IMG/VR virus record: IMGVR_UViG_3300031963_000006
Location: 151,251 to 215,250 of that record
Length of the DNA stretch: 64,000 bases
Strand: one strand, 5' to 3'
Under the pieces are notes generated by a model. It had not been told where the DNA came from. It saw only the letters and a list, made by a program, of their open reading frames with translations, and made no database searches. Of this stretch, positions 41,442 through 51,842 are shown one piece after another. A program made the position numbers and the translations under genes. How positions within the stretch are numbered: the first letter of the stretch is position 1; the number at the start of each line of letters is the position of its first letter.

Positions 41442-41834
41442 TTATCTAACCGTTTTAACTTTATAGGGGAATTTACTTTCAAACCAAGTTTTTATACCAC
41501 TGTGCCATATCTTTTTCCCGAACATCTCATCCAATAAATTTTCTATTGGCACTTCTACCGATAACATTGGGGAATTTGACCTCCTTATATCCCCTGTTGG
41601 ATTATTACTTGTCCAATAACCTACACCATACCAATAAAATAAAACGTCATCCTCATCGTACTTACCCATGTAGAATATAACTTTATTTGGGTCTAGACCC
41701 TCAAAATGATTACCTTCTTCATCTACAAAATAGTCATAGGGATGAAAATAATTTATTTCTTCATTTTTAAAGTAGTTCTCTAAGAACTTTATAACTACTT
41801 CATCTAATCTATTTTGATTAATTTCATATTCCAT
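41442..41834 (-). CDS. Distant member of the MKYLITESQ family
   Basis: MEYEINQNRLDEVVIKFLE...IKTWFESKF. Confidence 0.7.
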   Translation of the reverse strand: MEYEINQNRLDEVVIKFLENYFKNEEINYFHPYDYFVDEEGNHFEGLDPNKVIFYMGKYDEDDVLFYWYGVGYWTSNNPTGDIRRSNSPMLSVEVPIENLLDEMFGKKIWHSGIKTWFESKFPYKVKTVR

Positions 41835-41902
41835 GTTAATAAATAGTTTTAAAATAAAAAAACCCCTCTTTATTGGAGGGGTTTAACTTACTGATTATCA
41901 GT

Positions 41903-42262
41903 TTAAGGCTTAACAGTGTAAGTTCTTAGACAGTGAGCTGACCATGCCAAACTACCAAGTAGGATTGGCATAAAGATACCAACTCCACCTAATATTGCAA
42001 AGTGAACTGCAACAGCTCCTGACATAGCAGATGATACTCCGAGAGCTCCCAATACTGAAGTTCTTGGATAAACCAACAGTGCTAATGAAGCTAGTTCAAA
42101 AACACCAATCCATGTCATTTGAGGAAGCATTCCGAAGAATGTAAAATTCTGAACCATTTCCTCTGAATGAGTAACTTTTGAAATTGCTCCCATTCCTAGC
42201 ATAAACACCACAACTGCGGTGATAAGCCATCCTAAATTTTTAAGTGTAAGATATTTTTTCAT
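41903..42262 (-). CDS. DoxX-like membrane protein
   Basis: 4 TM; IGVFEL...PRT..LG...MSGAVAVH. Confidence 0.75.
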   Translation of the reverse strand: MKKYLTLKNLGWLITAVVVFMLGMGAISKVTHSEEMVQNFTFFGMLPQMTWIGVFELASLALLVYPRTSVLGALGVSSAMSGAVAVHFAILGGVGIFMPILLGSLAWSAHCLRTYTVKP

Positions 42263-42268
42263 AAATGA

Positions 42269-42297
42269 ATTATACACAACAATATCAATATTGTCAA
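42269..42297 (-). promoter_or_regulatory. Perfect TTGACA-N17-TATAAT promoter, 6 nt before the DoxX ATG
   Basis: Read directly on the reverse strand. Confidence 0.75.
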
Positions 42298-42308
42298 TAT
42301 TTATGAAT

Positions 42309-43418
42309 ATGAGTTTGAAAATGAACATTCAAGAGGAACCAAAAAAATCATCAAGGGATGAGACTATATTGGATTTAGTTGATAAATTTAATAACAACGA
42401 AATAGATTTAGAGTTTTTGGAATCATTTGTTGGAGGTTTGGATAGTTTCATTAATATTTTATCAAAAAAAGGTTGGTTACATTTAATTAATCCATTTGCT
42501 GACGGGGCAAAAGATTTACAAAATTCTTTATTTTATTCATTCTATAAAAATGACAAGAACTTTGTTTGGAAAATAGTTGATAATTATTTATCAGATGTTA
42601 CCAAAATTGGTAATGATTATTATTATGATACAAATTCAGAGGAATTAAGTGAATATTTTTACGAAGGTAGAGGGGGTGTAAGTAATAATATCATCAGAAC
42701 AATTTTGAATTTTGATTATGACGGTAGTTGGTATGGTGATTTAACAGATGATGAATATGGTGATGTGTATTCTGTTTTAACTCCTGAAAATAAAGAACTT
42801 GTTGACCAAGAAATCATTAAAGAATTAAAAAGTATGACCCAAATCAATAATGGGTATAAGTCACCCAAAGTAATCAATACTTTGGCTAATGAGCAAGGAC
42901 ACGAAGAATACGTTGAGCTCGATGATGAAATTATTACACAGTTAATTCAGGATAAAGATTCTTTAAAGTATCTTATTAACCAAGAACTAGATGATGTTAG
43001 GGGTAATCTTTATAACATATATAGTATGTGTTATAACGATACTTTGACTGATGATTGGTATGATGATATTATGAATGGACTCGTTGGATTTGTTATTGAT
43101 GACACAAAAACAGAAGAATACAAATATCAAAAATCAGGTTGGGATAAAGAGGGTAACAGGGTTAGTAGAACTTTGTATGGTAAAAGATACAAAGCAACAA
43201 GAGCTATTTATAATAATATGGTTATATGGTTAGAAAATAATCATAATCATAATAATAGTTATGACGACACGATTGAAAGTTTAGGTTCGTTTTATTATCT
43301 CATGAAGGATTTAATAAATGACGGAGACGTTGAGGAAATAAGAATCAGTTTGAGTGAATATCCTGATTATAGAAAAATTTATAACTGTATAAATGACAAC
43401 GTAACAAGTTATTTTTAA
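42309..43418 (+). CDS. Acidic hypothetical protein
   Basis: Start set to the ATG 4 nt after TATTTAT. Confidence 0.75.
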   Translation: MSLKMNIQEEPKKSSRDETILDLVDKFNNNEIDLEFLESFVGGLDSFINILSKKGWLHLINPFADGAKDLQNSLFYSFYKNDKNFVWKIVDNYLSDVTKIGNDYYYDTNSEELSEYFYEGRGGVSNNIIRTILNFDYDGSWYGDLTDDEYGDVYSVLTPENKELVDQEIIKELKSMTQINNGYKSPKVINTLANEQGHEEYVELDDEIITQLIQDKDSLKYLINQELDDVRGNLYNIYSMCYNDTLTDDWYDDIMNGLVGFVIDDTKTEEYKYQKSGWDKEGNRVSRTLYGKRYKATRAIYNNMVIWLENNHNHNNSYDDTIESLGSFYYLMKDLINDGDVEEIRISLSEYPDYRKIYNCINDNVTSYF

Positions 43419-43798
43419 TTTTCTAATTCATACATCCAAGATTCATTTTTTGAATTGACCATCAAATATTTTCTATCAAAGTCATCCTCTGTAAAAAGAT
43501 ACACTTTCAATTTTTCATTTTTTGTATTGTGAACGTCAAGAACCATTGCTTCCCCTGACTTCAAATTATCATTGATTTTATCAACGTAATAAATCTGTTT
43601 AGTTAAAGAATTGATGATAATACTATCGGAAGATATATGTATCGATATTGGTTCGATTCTCACCCATTCATTCCACTCAAATTTACCCGTATTAATATTC
43701 TTTGTACCAAACTTAAATTGTTCGGTTATCCCGTTAAATTGTGAAAATAGACATGTTGCGTTAAGTAAAAAGATTACTGAGATAATTAAGGTTTTCAT
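43415..43798 (-). CDS. Secreted hypothetical protein
   Basis: Signal peptide. Confidence 0.7.
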   Translation of the reverse strand: MKTLIISVIFLLNATCLFSQFNGITEQFKFGTKNINTGKFEWNEWVRIEPISIHISSDSIIINSLTKQIYYVDKINDNLKSGEAMVLDVHNTKNEKLKVYLFTEDDFDRKYLMVNSKNESWMYELEN

Positions 43799-43814
43799 AA
43801 GATATTTTTTACAA

Positions 43815-44492
43815 TTATACTACATTAATATAAGTTGACCAAACCATCCAATCGGGGTCATAAAATGATTGCAGCGAAGATAGGGTATTTCTTGAACAAC
43901 GCCAAATTGGGTCCTCAAATCTTTCGCTGTAATCCCATTTAATATAGTTAATTATATTCTCCATTTCATTATCGGGAATGCTTTTTATAACATTGTACCT
44001 ATCTTCACCCACAACGTCAATTTTAATTGGCTTAAAGTCCACCCACCATATAAGGCCATCACTTTCATGTTCAAACCAATAATTACCAGTGAATTGCCCC
44101 TCAACCGTATAATTCGCATTTGTTGTATAAATAACTTTATTAAAATTTACTGATTGCAAACACGCTGAAAGTTCTTTTCTAATTCTTTCGGGTATGTAGA
44201 TATCCAATACAGAGTCATCAAATTGAATTAGATTTTTTACACCTATAAAGTCGGCAGAAACAAATTGGCTGAATTTAGTTACTTCGTCTAATAAAAACTC
44301 TAAAATGGCTTCTTTTGTATACGGTAAATCTTGTGGATTATCTATGGTAAAAACAGGTACCTCAAATCTTTCACCTGTAACACGATAAACGGTTTCTAAA
44401 TACTCATCTTCATGAGTTTTAATAATAATCCCGTTTACATCAATATTCTTAACAAAATCGGGTAATAATTTGAAAAATTTACTTATTTTCAT
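43815..44492 (-). CDS. Hypothetical protein
   Basis: Start MKISK after TATTTAT. Confidence 0.75.
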   Translation of the reverse strand: MKISKFFKLLPDFVKNIDVNGIIIKTHEDEYLETVYRVTGERFEVPVFTIDNPQDLPYTKEAILEFLLDEVTKFSQFVSADFIGVKNLIQFDDSVLDIYIPERIRKELSACLQSVNFNKVIYTTNANYTVEGQFTGNYWFEHESDGLIWWVDFKPIKIDVVGEDRYNVIKSIPDNEMENIINYIKWDYSERFEDPIWRCSRNTLSSLQSFYDPDWMVWSTYINVV

Positions 44493-44526
44493 TACTAATA
44501 AATATAAAAAGTTATATATTTGTCTA

Positions 44527-44889
44527 ATGAATAGTTTAGAAAGGTTCAAAAAATATGTTGTTGGAAAAGAGTTTAACTTTCAAACAATGATATTCAAGGG
44601 TAAATTTACGTTAGTTAGAGTGAAAGAACGTAAATTAAACTATTTTGTACATACAGCTTACGGTGAATATGATACCGAATATGATTTAACCGTTAATTTA
44701 AACAAATGTCAGTGGTGGGCATTGGCGGGTTATTGGTTCGAACCTGTAAAAGGATTTAGGAGAGGTAAAAAAACCGCTAATGCGGGGTTAAGAGTTATTA
44801 TCGATGAAGAAATAAGAAGTATGATGAAATTGATTGGTGATGATAATGGAATTGGTAAAATAACCATTAAATGGTTACATGAGCATTAA
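44527..44889 (+). CDS. Hypothetical protein, possible paralog of 55509..55940
   Basis: TATATTTG 4 nt before the ATG; GKEFNF...KGKFTL vs GKKLFPF...KGTLRF. Confidence 0.7.
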   Translation: MNSLERFKKYVVGKEFNFQTMIFKGKFTLVRVKERKLNYFVHTAYGEYDTEYDLTVNLNKCQWWALAGYWFEPVKGFRRGKKTANAGLRVIIDEEIRSMMKLIGDDNGIGKITIKWLHEH

Positions 44890-45338
44890 GATTTATAAAT
44901 GAAGTTGTCTGCAGATATACTTGGCTTATTTTCAGACCTTAAACTACCTGTACCAAAACTATAAAAAATACTCATATCATCTGGAATAAATTGGTAGGCC
45001 TTTGACAAAGTATCATTAATTTTTAGCCTCAAATTATGAGATATGTCTGAAATTTTCTCCCAATTATCAGTACCATAATCACCCCAATCAAACGGAGTTA
45101 GTAAAGCTCCAGTTACAAACTTTTCACCACTTTTAATACTTTCTAACCAATATTCTCTAACTTCCATATTCAAAAATTTACCAAGCTCAATAAAATCAAT
45201 ATAAAGATTGACGTAAATCACAGTGGAATATTTTTCCCAATCAGGTGTAAATTCCCAACCTTTAACAAAAGGAAATACCTTTTTAGTTGCTCTAACCGAT
45301 AAATCAATACCTTTAATTTGTTTTTCTGAAATTGCCAT
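44886..45338 (-). CDS. Hypothetical protein (MAISE leader)
   Basis: TATTTAT upstream; resembles 48230..48559 (KK.F/YP). Confidence 0.7.
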   Translation of the reverse strand: MAISEKQIKGIDLSVRATKKVFPFVKGWEFTPDWEKYSTVIYVNLYIDFIELGKFLNMEVREYWLESIKSGEKFVTGALLTPFDWGDYGTDNWEKISDISHNLRLKINDTLSKAYQFIPDDMSIFYSFGTGSLRSENKPSISADNFIYKS

Positions 45339-45372
45339 TGTATTGAATAAATATACAATAAACTAAAAGGGG

Positions 45373-45834
45373 TTACTTGACCCCCTTTTTTAACTTACCA
45401 CCTACAACCCTATTCTTCTTTGCTATATTCAAGTTTGACCAATCCTTATTACCCGTGATTTCTTCACCACAATAATCAGGAATATTAACAAGATTAATCT
45501 CATATTCTATTTCTGCCGATGTTTTACCATCAGGGTATACATCTATATCAACTTTGTTACCTTCAAACGTTGTTTTATATCTTGTTTTTTCAAGTTTAAT
45601 ATCGGTAGATTGATACAGGTGATTTGCATCCTGTATAGGAATTTCATATTCATACTCAGACTTTGTCGTCTTATCAATCTTAACTTTGTAGGCAACCCAT
45701 GCTTCCTTATCATCAATGATTCTAACCCTGAATTGTTTCTTCTTATCAAACATAAGATAGGCTTGTTTGATATGAATCGGGGTTAGACCTTCAGGTAGAT
45801 ACTTGAGTTTGAATTTACGTTCCCTTTCTATCAT
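45373..45834 (-). CDS. CYTH-domain (triphosphate tunnel) protein
   Basis: ERERKF, RVR, EYEY, EKTRY, DVY, AEIE. Confidence 0.85.
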   Translation of the reverse strand: MIERERKFKLKYLPEGLTPIHIKQAYLMFDKKKQFRVRIIDDKEAWVAYKVKIDKTTKSEYEYEIPIQDANHLYQSTDIKLEKTRYKTTFEGNKVDIDVYPDGKTSAEIEYEINLVNIPDYCGEEITGNKDWSNLNIAKKNRVVGGKLKKGVK

Positions 45835-46100
45835 CGGTATTTGTTATAAAGGTTTTCTAAAACCTCAATTTCCTCAGTTGTCATCTGATAATATTTGTCA
45901 GATAACAATAGCATTTTATCACTGAACTCAATTTCATTTGCGGTCATTTTTGTGTCATCCTTAACTTTGTGACGACTCAAATGACCCACTTCTCCAAGAT
46001 AGTTAATTAATAGTTGAATTTCTCTGTCAGTACAAGAATCAACAAATTCATCAATTTCAATGTCAACATCAACGTCGACTGTAGTGTAAATGGTTCCCAT
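45831..46100 (-). CDS. Hypothetical protein
   Basis: ORF; TACATTTG promoter near 46210. Confidence 0.7.
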   Translation of the reverse strand: MGTIYTTVDVDVDIEIDEFVDSCTDREIQLLINYLGEVGHLSRHKVKDDTKMTANEIEFSDKMLLLSDKYYQMTTEEIEVLENLYNKYR

Positions 46101-46239
46101 GTTATTTATCTTTTTCGGTTTTAATTGTTATTACACAAATTAAGAACAAGTATACGTAAAACGATATAATTGCTAATATTACTCCTACCACTTGTTTAAT
46201 TTTCTACAAATGTAAGAACAAAAACCTAAACAGACAAAT

Positions 46240-46572
46240 TTAATTTGGTGTGATATCTGAACAAATATCTAACAAAGATTCAAGACTGATTTTGATATTC
46301 TCAGATTCCAACTTGTTAAGGATTCTTTTTAGACTTAAACCAATAATAAAGTGGTCAATACCACCAACAGTTATTGTTCCAATAAAGGCAAAAGCCCAAT
46401 AAGTAATTGGCCATGGAGACCAAATTAAAGCCATTGATAATACGGCAACAAACGTTAATGCAAAAAATGGTTTAAGCCAATTCTTCATTCTGTTTAACCA
46501 TCTGTAGATTCCTAAATCGAAATAGTTATCGTGGAATACTTTTTTGATTCTGTTAATTTCTAATTGTGTCAT
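46240..46572 (-). CDS. Membrane protein
   Basis: 2 TM segments. Confidence 0.7.
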   Translation of the reverse strand: MTQLEINRIKKVFHDNYFDLGIYRWLNRMKNWLKPFFALTFVAVLSMALIWSPWPITYWAFAFIGTITVGGIDHFIIGLSLKRILNKLESENIKISLESLLDICSDITPN

Positions 46573-46576
46573 AGTA

Positions 46577-47089
46577 TTAATCTCTTATATAGTTATCTGG
46601 TATAACCTCTAAAACTTCTCTATCACTTACTCCACCCCCCAATAATTGAAATATCTGACCATTTATTTGGTCTACGTGAATCCAAATTTCTTTCATATTT
46701 AATTTACTGTCATTAAAACTTCCAACCTCAGACCCCATATCAGTAAGATAATCAAATAACCAAGACAATAAAATTTGTTTTTCTCTACTCTCTGTTAATT
46801 CAGGTATTATAACATTAACAGTTGCATCATAATGGTCTGGCATTTCTTCATCAAGTACTTGAAGTTCAGTTATAATAAATGGTAATTCAAACGGAATCAT
46901 AATTTCATCCTCATCTGCCGCTGAACAATAAAGATAACCACCAAGTTTGGACTGTACCATTGCTTGTAGGTAAGGATATTTTTTGGTAATATCTAATAAT
47001 TCATCTATACCACCAAAATATTTTGCAATGTCAAAAATATCTTGACCTTTATCCATCATTGATATTATGGTTTCAGAAACTCTACTCAT
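46577..47089 (-). CDS. Hypothetical protein
   Basis: TATTTAT upstream. Confidence 0.75.
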   Translation of the reverse strand: MSRVSETIISMMDKGQDIFDIAKYFGGIDELLDITKKYPYLQAMVQSKLGGYLYCSAADEDEIMIPFELPFIITELQVLDEEMPDHYDATVNVIIPELTESREKQILLSWLFDYLTDMGSEVGSFNDSKLNMKEIWIHVDQINGQIFQLLGGGVSDREVLEVIPDNYIRD

Positions 47090-47137
47090 AATCTATAAAT
47101 ATAAATATTATGAGATATTTATAATAAACTTAAAGTC

Positions 47138-47413
47138 ATGGATTGGATATTATTTTTAACAGTCATTTGGAAGACATGGAAATATCATATGGGAATGTGT
47201 TTATTGATATTAACTGGGTATTTTATGAATGAGTTTGGTTTTTGGGAAGATGAATACAGTTTATTTTACACATATGGTTTTGTTAGTTTGATTATCCCTG
47301 CTTTGGTTGTTATACCAATGATACTTATGGTTAGGGATTCGTATAAACATTATTTAGGTGTTAAAAAATACTATCCAAACGGATACATTAATAGAGATAA
47401 AACCAATAAATAA
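47138..47413 (+). CDS. Membrane protein
   Basis: TM segments; TATTTAT upstream. Confidence 0.65.
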   Translation: MDWILFLTVIWKTWKYHMGMCLLILTGYFMNEFGFWEDEYSLFYTYGFVSLIIPALVVIPMILMVRDSYKHYLGVKKYYPNGYINRDKTNK

Positions 47414-47814
47414 TGTTACTTAACGCTTTTATTTTTTTAGTTTTTGCAGGTATAACCAAAGGATTTTTGGATTATTATGCCGACTCAGGAATTAAAGAGA
47501 AGGAATGGAGAAACAAATATAAGATATCCGAACACGGTGATTTGATTAAGACTGAGGATATAAAACATTGGTGGTATTTAGGTTTATATAAACCAAGATT
47601 CGCAGAAAGATTTCCATTTAGTACGACAATATTGGTGGCTTTCACAGATAGATGGCACTTGGCTCAGTTAATTATGTTAAGATTCTTCTATTTGGCGGTA
47701 GCTGTAGGTGTGAGTAATAGTATATGGTGGGAATTATTATTATCATTCGTTGTATTTCCTATGGTAATAGGGGTGTTCTTTGATTTCACCTATTGTAAAC
47801 TCAAAAAGAGATGA
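47413..47814 (+). CDS. Membrane protein
   Basis: W.NKY...FPFSTT.LV..TD.WHL. Confidence 0.7.
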   Translation: MLLNAFIFLVFAGITKGFLDYYADSGIKEKEWRNKYKISEHGDLIKTEDIKHWWYLGLYKPRFAERFPFSTTILVAFTDRWHLAQLIMLRFFYLAVAVGVSNSIWWELLLSFVVFPMVIGVFFDFTYCKLKKR

Positions 47815-48233
47815 AATTTATAATCAAAGAAAGTAAGTTTAAAGAAACTATTATTGATAACATAGACAAGAATGGTCTATTAGATACACTTACTGTTACA
47901 AATATGAGTTTTACCAAATTGTTCTCAATGATTGGTATGGATTTTCTAACCAACAAAGTAATGATTAATTTTATTAGAGATTTTATAAAAGATTATGGAG
48001 TTTTTTCAGTTCACGATATAGGTGAAGACCCAATTCCATATAATAAAACGGGTGATGAATATAGAGAAATATCATATTTTTCAAAACAATATGTATATGT
48101 TGATGTTTATAGTGGAAATAACAATTTGGGTAATTTCAAAGTACATTATGAAAATTTATCTGATGATATACTGACGGAAGTCTTTGATTTAGTTATGGAA
48201 GCATATGAGGATGGAAAATTTAACAACATATGA
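47811..48233 (+). CDS. Protein with an MKFIIKES leader
   Basis: N-terminal motif. Confidence 0.75.
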   Translation: MKFIIKESKFKETIIDNIDKNGLLDTLTVTNMSFTKLFSMIGMDFLTNKVMINFIRDFIKDYGVFSVHDIGEDPIPYNKTGDEYREISYFSKQYVYVDVYSGNNNLGNFKVHYENLSDDILTEVFDLVMEAYEDGKFNNI

Positions 48234-48559
48234 TTCTCAACAATAAAATATTAAATAAACTTATTAACTCGGATTATATCAAAAAGATATATCCGATGAT
48301 TGACCGTATTGACACAAGAGTTGTTTGGGATGGGGATGAAGAATTTCCATTTTACAATATCGAATTGAATATACATTTAAATGACCCTGATATAACAACT
48401 TTCAATATGTTTGAAAAAGGGTTTGACCCACATTATTTGATTAATGAACATATGATTTTCATACTTAAAATGGCGGGAATTAACAGAAACACCGCAACAA
48501 TAGAACAAGTTTATATTAATGTATTAAGTCCTAACGGAGAAAATATATATAGGTATTAA
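48230..48559 (+). CDS. Hypothetical protein
   Basis: ORF. Confidence 0.7.
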   Translation: MILNNKILNKLINSDYIKKIYPMIDRIDTRVVWDGDEEFPFYNIELNIHLNDPDITTFNMFEKGFDPHYLINEHMIFILKMAGINRNTATIEQVYINVLSPNGENIYRY

Positions 48560-48570
48560 AATTAAATAAA

Positions 48571-49062
48571 ATGAATAATAATTTAAAAGAAGAATTACAA
48601 AGGATTAAAGAAATAATGGAGGTTTTAAATGAACAACTTCCATCAGTTCCTCAGTTATCTGATATAGGACTATCTTTACCCACGCCAGCAAGTACCTTTA
48701 GTGAACCAAGTTGTAAAGAAGAATATACGAAAGAAGAACTAGTTAAGGGTCTTGTGAAATGGTGTAAAAGTAAACCAAATTTTAATAAAGATGCCGGTAA
48801 CAGAGCAGGTGTAATACACAACGATTTAATTAATGTGTCAACTTCAATGATTACTACAGGTGAACTTAAAAATACCAAAACAACAGAGTCTTTTTGTGGT
48901 GTAATTAATAATTATTATTCAAAAGGATGGGACTTTATAAAGGACATTGATAATAAAACTCTTCTTAGTTGGGATAATGTCTATGAATCAATTCCTCAAA
49001 GTATTAAAACTGACTCAAAACAACAAAAATGTAAAATAAGACGTACTAGTTTTGATGCCTGA
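48571..49062 (+). CDS. Protein with an LKEELQRIKEIM...LNEQ leader
   Basis: N-terminal motif. Confidence 0.7.
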   Translation: MNNNLKEELQRIKEIMEVLNEQLPSVPQLSDIGLSLPTPASTFSEPSCKEEYTKEELVKGLVKWCKSKPNFNKDAGNRAGVIHNDLINVSTSMITTGELKNTKTTESFCGVINNYYSKGWDFIKDIDNKTLLSWDNVYESIPQSIKTDSKQQKCKIRRTSFDA

Positions 49063-49081
49063 TTAAGTATAACAAAAAAGA

Positions 49082-49480
49082 TTAATATACTGGTGTGTTT
49101 CTTCTGTGAGGGTAGATTGATACTTCATCAATATCAACATCAAACTTCTCACTAAACCAATCGGCAACAACATCCATAACCTTTGTTTCTCTAATTGATA
49201 CCATGAGACGGATTGTCTCTACAATATCAGGATGGATGTGTAAGTTACCAATACCATAATGTTTGCGTGCCTCCATACCAAAGTACGCGTCATCAAATTC
49301 GCCTGAACCAAAAAAGTAATATGTGATTCCCCCATTCCCTGTATTAGGGAGTAATGCAATTCTATATGCGTCACGATTATGAGGATTTACAATTTTTTTG
49401 CCATCTGATTCTGAAAATTTCTCATCCAAATATTTGTAGATGATACTATGAAGTTGAGTTTGTGTTATTATATATCTCAT
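49082..49480 (-). CDS. MKYLITESQ-family member (divergent)
   Basis: MRYIITQTQLHSIIYKYLD...VVADWFSEKF. Confidence 0.8.
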   Translation of the reverse strand: MRYIITQTQLHSIIYKYLDEKFSESDGKKIVNPHNRDAYRIALLPNTGNGGITYYFFGSGEFDDAYFGMEARKHYGIGNLHIHPDIVETIRLMVSIRETKVMDVVADWFSEKFDVDIDEVSIYPHRRNTPVY

Positions 49481-49481
49481 A

Positions 49482-49787
49482 TTAGGATAACGAATTTATT
49501 TTTAAATCATATTCTTTTTCTAAGTAAAGTGCCATCATGTCTATGAACGTGATAATTTTTATACTAAACATATCCCACTCATTACTAAAATATCCTCCAT
49601 TAAAATAATAATTATGGAGCTCACCTTCTGAGGGAGAGCCAACTAATAACTCTCCATCAGGACCCCATAATACTTTCCATTTTTCACCGTCATAATTTCT
49701 TATCTCCAATTTTGAATTCTTAAATCTTGAATCAAAAAACGGTTTCATTAGTTTGTAAAGTTGTTCTTGGTTTAAAAGGTATTCCAT
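49482..49787 (-). CDS. MKYLITESQ-family member (divergent)
   Basis: MEYLLNQEQL; TATTTAT upstream. Confidence 0.7.
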   Translation of the reverse strand: MEYLLNQEQLYKLMKPFFDSRFKNSKLEIRNYDGEKWKVLWGPDGELLVGSPSEGELHNYYFNGGYFSNEWDMFSIKIITFIDMMALYLEKEYDLKINSLS

Positions 49788-49799
49788 AACGTATAAATA

Positions 49800-50117
49800 T
49801 TAACCAGCACCGTAATCTGAGTAGGGGTATTTAATTTCAATACCAATTTTACCCTCAACCCATTTTGCAATTATCATTAAAGAACGAGTCAAGTTCAAAG
49901 AAAAGAATTCTGCAACTTCGGTTAGAATATCTGAACTTATATAACAATCATCACTCATGTAATAATATGCAATTTTTGCATATTGATTGTCTTTATAACT
50001 ACGTTCAGATTCAAAGAAATAATGACCTCCACCATCTTCACGATGATAAAAGTCCTGAGTATTAAGATACTTAAATACTATACTATCAATTTGAGATTCG
50101 GTTATTAGATATTTCAT
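49800..50117 (-). CDS. MKYLITESQ-family core paralog
   Basis: MKYLITESQIDSIVFKYLNTQDF...FFSL...IIAKWVE. Confidence 0.85.
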   Translation of the reverse strand: MKYLITESQIDSIVFKYLNTQDFYHREDGGGHYFFESERSYKDNQYAKIAYYYMSDDCYISSDILTEVAEFFSLNLTRSLMIIAKWVEGKIGIEIKYPYSDYGAG

Positions 50118-50118
50118 A

Positions 50119-50502
50119 TTAAGAGATATTAGCGTTTCTCACATCAAATACTTTATATTCGGGGAACACAACATTAAAGGCGTCTGACATTAAATATTTA
50201 CCGTGAACATACCAAAAAGGATGTGGAAGTATCTTTTCAAACAAGTCACCAAATTCTCTACTATAATATAATTCACCTGTCATACCATCCTCATATATAA
50301 CAAAAACACATATTGTTTCACCATTAGAATTGGATATGAAAATTCTATTAGTTCCATCATCATATGAATCAAATTGGTCAACAATGTAAGGAATAATTTT
50401 ATCCTTTATCTTATTGTATTGTTCCTCATATTGAAAATCCCTCCAATCCCTTTCAAGTTCGGAGATAAGTTTAAGTTGTGATTCTGTGATTATATATTTC
50501 AT
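50119..50502 (-). CDS. MKYIITESQ-leader protein with a different body
   Basis: Shares only the leader. Confidence 0.8.
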   Translation of the reverse strand: MKYIITESQLKLISELERDWRDFQYEEQYNKIKDKIIPYIVDQFDSYDDGTNRIFISNSNGETICVFVIYEDGMTGELYYSREFGDLFEKILPHPFWYVHGKYLMSDAFNVVFPEYKVFDVRNANIS

Positions 50503-50505
50503 GTT

Positions 50506-50817
50506 TTAAAAATAATATACAACGATATCTGATTGAACATCAACCGCACTATAATGTGTGCCAGTTTTACTTTCAACCCACTTAGAAATTGCGGAAATAG
50601 CATCGATATTACTCAAAGAAAAGAAAGAAACGATTTCATCCATTAATTTTCTATCAATCGTACACCAATAACTATTGAATCTAATTTGAGCGTATTCATC
50701 TTTCTCTGAATTAAGGAAATAACCGTTTATTCCATACTCCATATAAACAAAGTCCTGATTATCCAAATACTTAAAGATTAGGTTTTCAATTTGAGATTCG
50801 GTGATTAGGTATTTCAT
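50506..50817 (-). CDS. MKYLITESQ-family core paralog
   Basis: True start 50817 (track ORF over-extended); TATTTAT 5 nt upstream. Confidence 0.85.
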   Translation of the reverse strand: MKYLITESQIENLIFKYLDNQDFVYMEYGINGYFLNSEKDEYAQIRFNSYWCTIDRKLMDEIVSFFSLSNIDAISAISKWVESKTGTHYSAVDVQSDIVVYYF

Positions 50818-50842
50818 ATGATTATAAATATAACGTATTACT

Positions 50843-51160
50843 CTATCTAACGTGTACTTCCCTAACATTCGTATCCAATTTATTTTCAACCCATCTACCG
50901 ATAATATATTTAGAATCATTAAAGTCCAATGAAAAGAATGTGGTAATCTCATCAATCAATTCATGATTTATCCAACAATCACCATCTCGATAGAAATTAA
51001 TTAATGAATCAGTATATAAATCTTCACTTGAATTAAGAAAGTGAATTATATTGCTAAACCCAAAAGACGTTTTAGGTGATTTTTTTATAATAAAGTCCTG
51101 ATTATCGAGGTACTTAAAAACAACATTATCAAGCTTAGATTCGGTGATAAGATATTTCAT
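50843..51160 (-). CDS. MKYLITESQ-family core paralog
   Basis: MKYLITESKLDNVVFKYLDNQDF. Confidence 0.85.
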   Translation of the reverse strand: MKYLITESKLDNVVFKYLDNQDFIIKKSPKTSFGFSNIIHFLNSSEDLYTDSLINFYRDGDCWINHELIDEITTFFSLDFNDSKYIIGRWVENKLDTNVREVHVR

Positions 51161-51172
51161 ATGATATAAATA

Positions 51173-51502
51173 TTAGTTAGGAGTTCTTAAAGAAGAAACC
51201 ATATCTTCAGTGACAAAGAATATGTTGGTAACCTTCATTTTTAAATTATTTTCAACCCACTTACCAATAACTTTTTTAGAATTAGATTCTCGCAGAGAAA
51301 AGAAGGAAGAAATTTCGTTAACCAATTTATAAGATATAAAACACCACTCATCATTTTCATCATATCTAATCTGAGCATATTCATCATTTTCGGAATTAAC
51401 AAAAAATAAACTAACACTATCGCCGACAACAATAAAGTCCTGATTATTCAAGTACTTAAAGATTACATTATCAATTTGTGATTCGGTGATAATATATTTC
51501 AT
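51173..51502 (-). CDS. MKYLITESQ-family core paralog
   Basis: MKYIITESQIDNVIFKYLNNQDF. Confidence 0.85.
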   Translation of the reverse strand: MKYIITESQIDNVIFKYLNNQDFIVVGDSVSLFFVNSENDEYAQIRYDENDEWCFISYKLVNEISSFFSLRESNSKKVIGKWVENNLKMKVTNIFFVTEDMVSSLRTPN

Positions 51503-51524
51503 ATGATATAAATACTAGTTATAT

Positions 51525-51830
51525 CTATCTAATTATAATTTCTTTAACTCTTCTACCCAAAGTATTTTCAACCCATCTGGCAATAACATATTTAGAACCA
51601 TCAAATTCCATAGAGAAGAATTCTGCAATTTCATTAATTAACTCAAAACTCATGACACACTCACCACCACTTCTATAGTATTGGATTAATCCGCCCGAAA
51701 ATTCATCATTTTCTGAATTAACGAAGTAAGTTATATTATCACTATTCATTTTCTTAATAATAAAGTCCTGATTATCCAAATACATGAATATAAGGTTATC
51801 AATCTGTGATTCGGTGATAAGATATTTCAT
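51525..51830 (-). CDS. MKYLITESQ-family core paralog
   Basis: MKYLITESQIDNLIFMYLDNQDF. Confidence 0.85.
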   Translation of the reverse strand: MKYLITESQIDNLIFMYLDNQDFIIKKMNSDNITYFVNSENDEFSGGLIQYYRSGGECVMSFELINEIAEFFSMEFDGSKYVIARWVENTLGRRVKEIIIR

Positions 51831-51842
51831 ATGGTATAAATA

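Noticed and set aside
43640-43675. GGTTCGATTC resembling a tRNA T-loop
   Set aside because: No T-stem or cloverleaf; lies within a CDS
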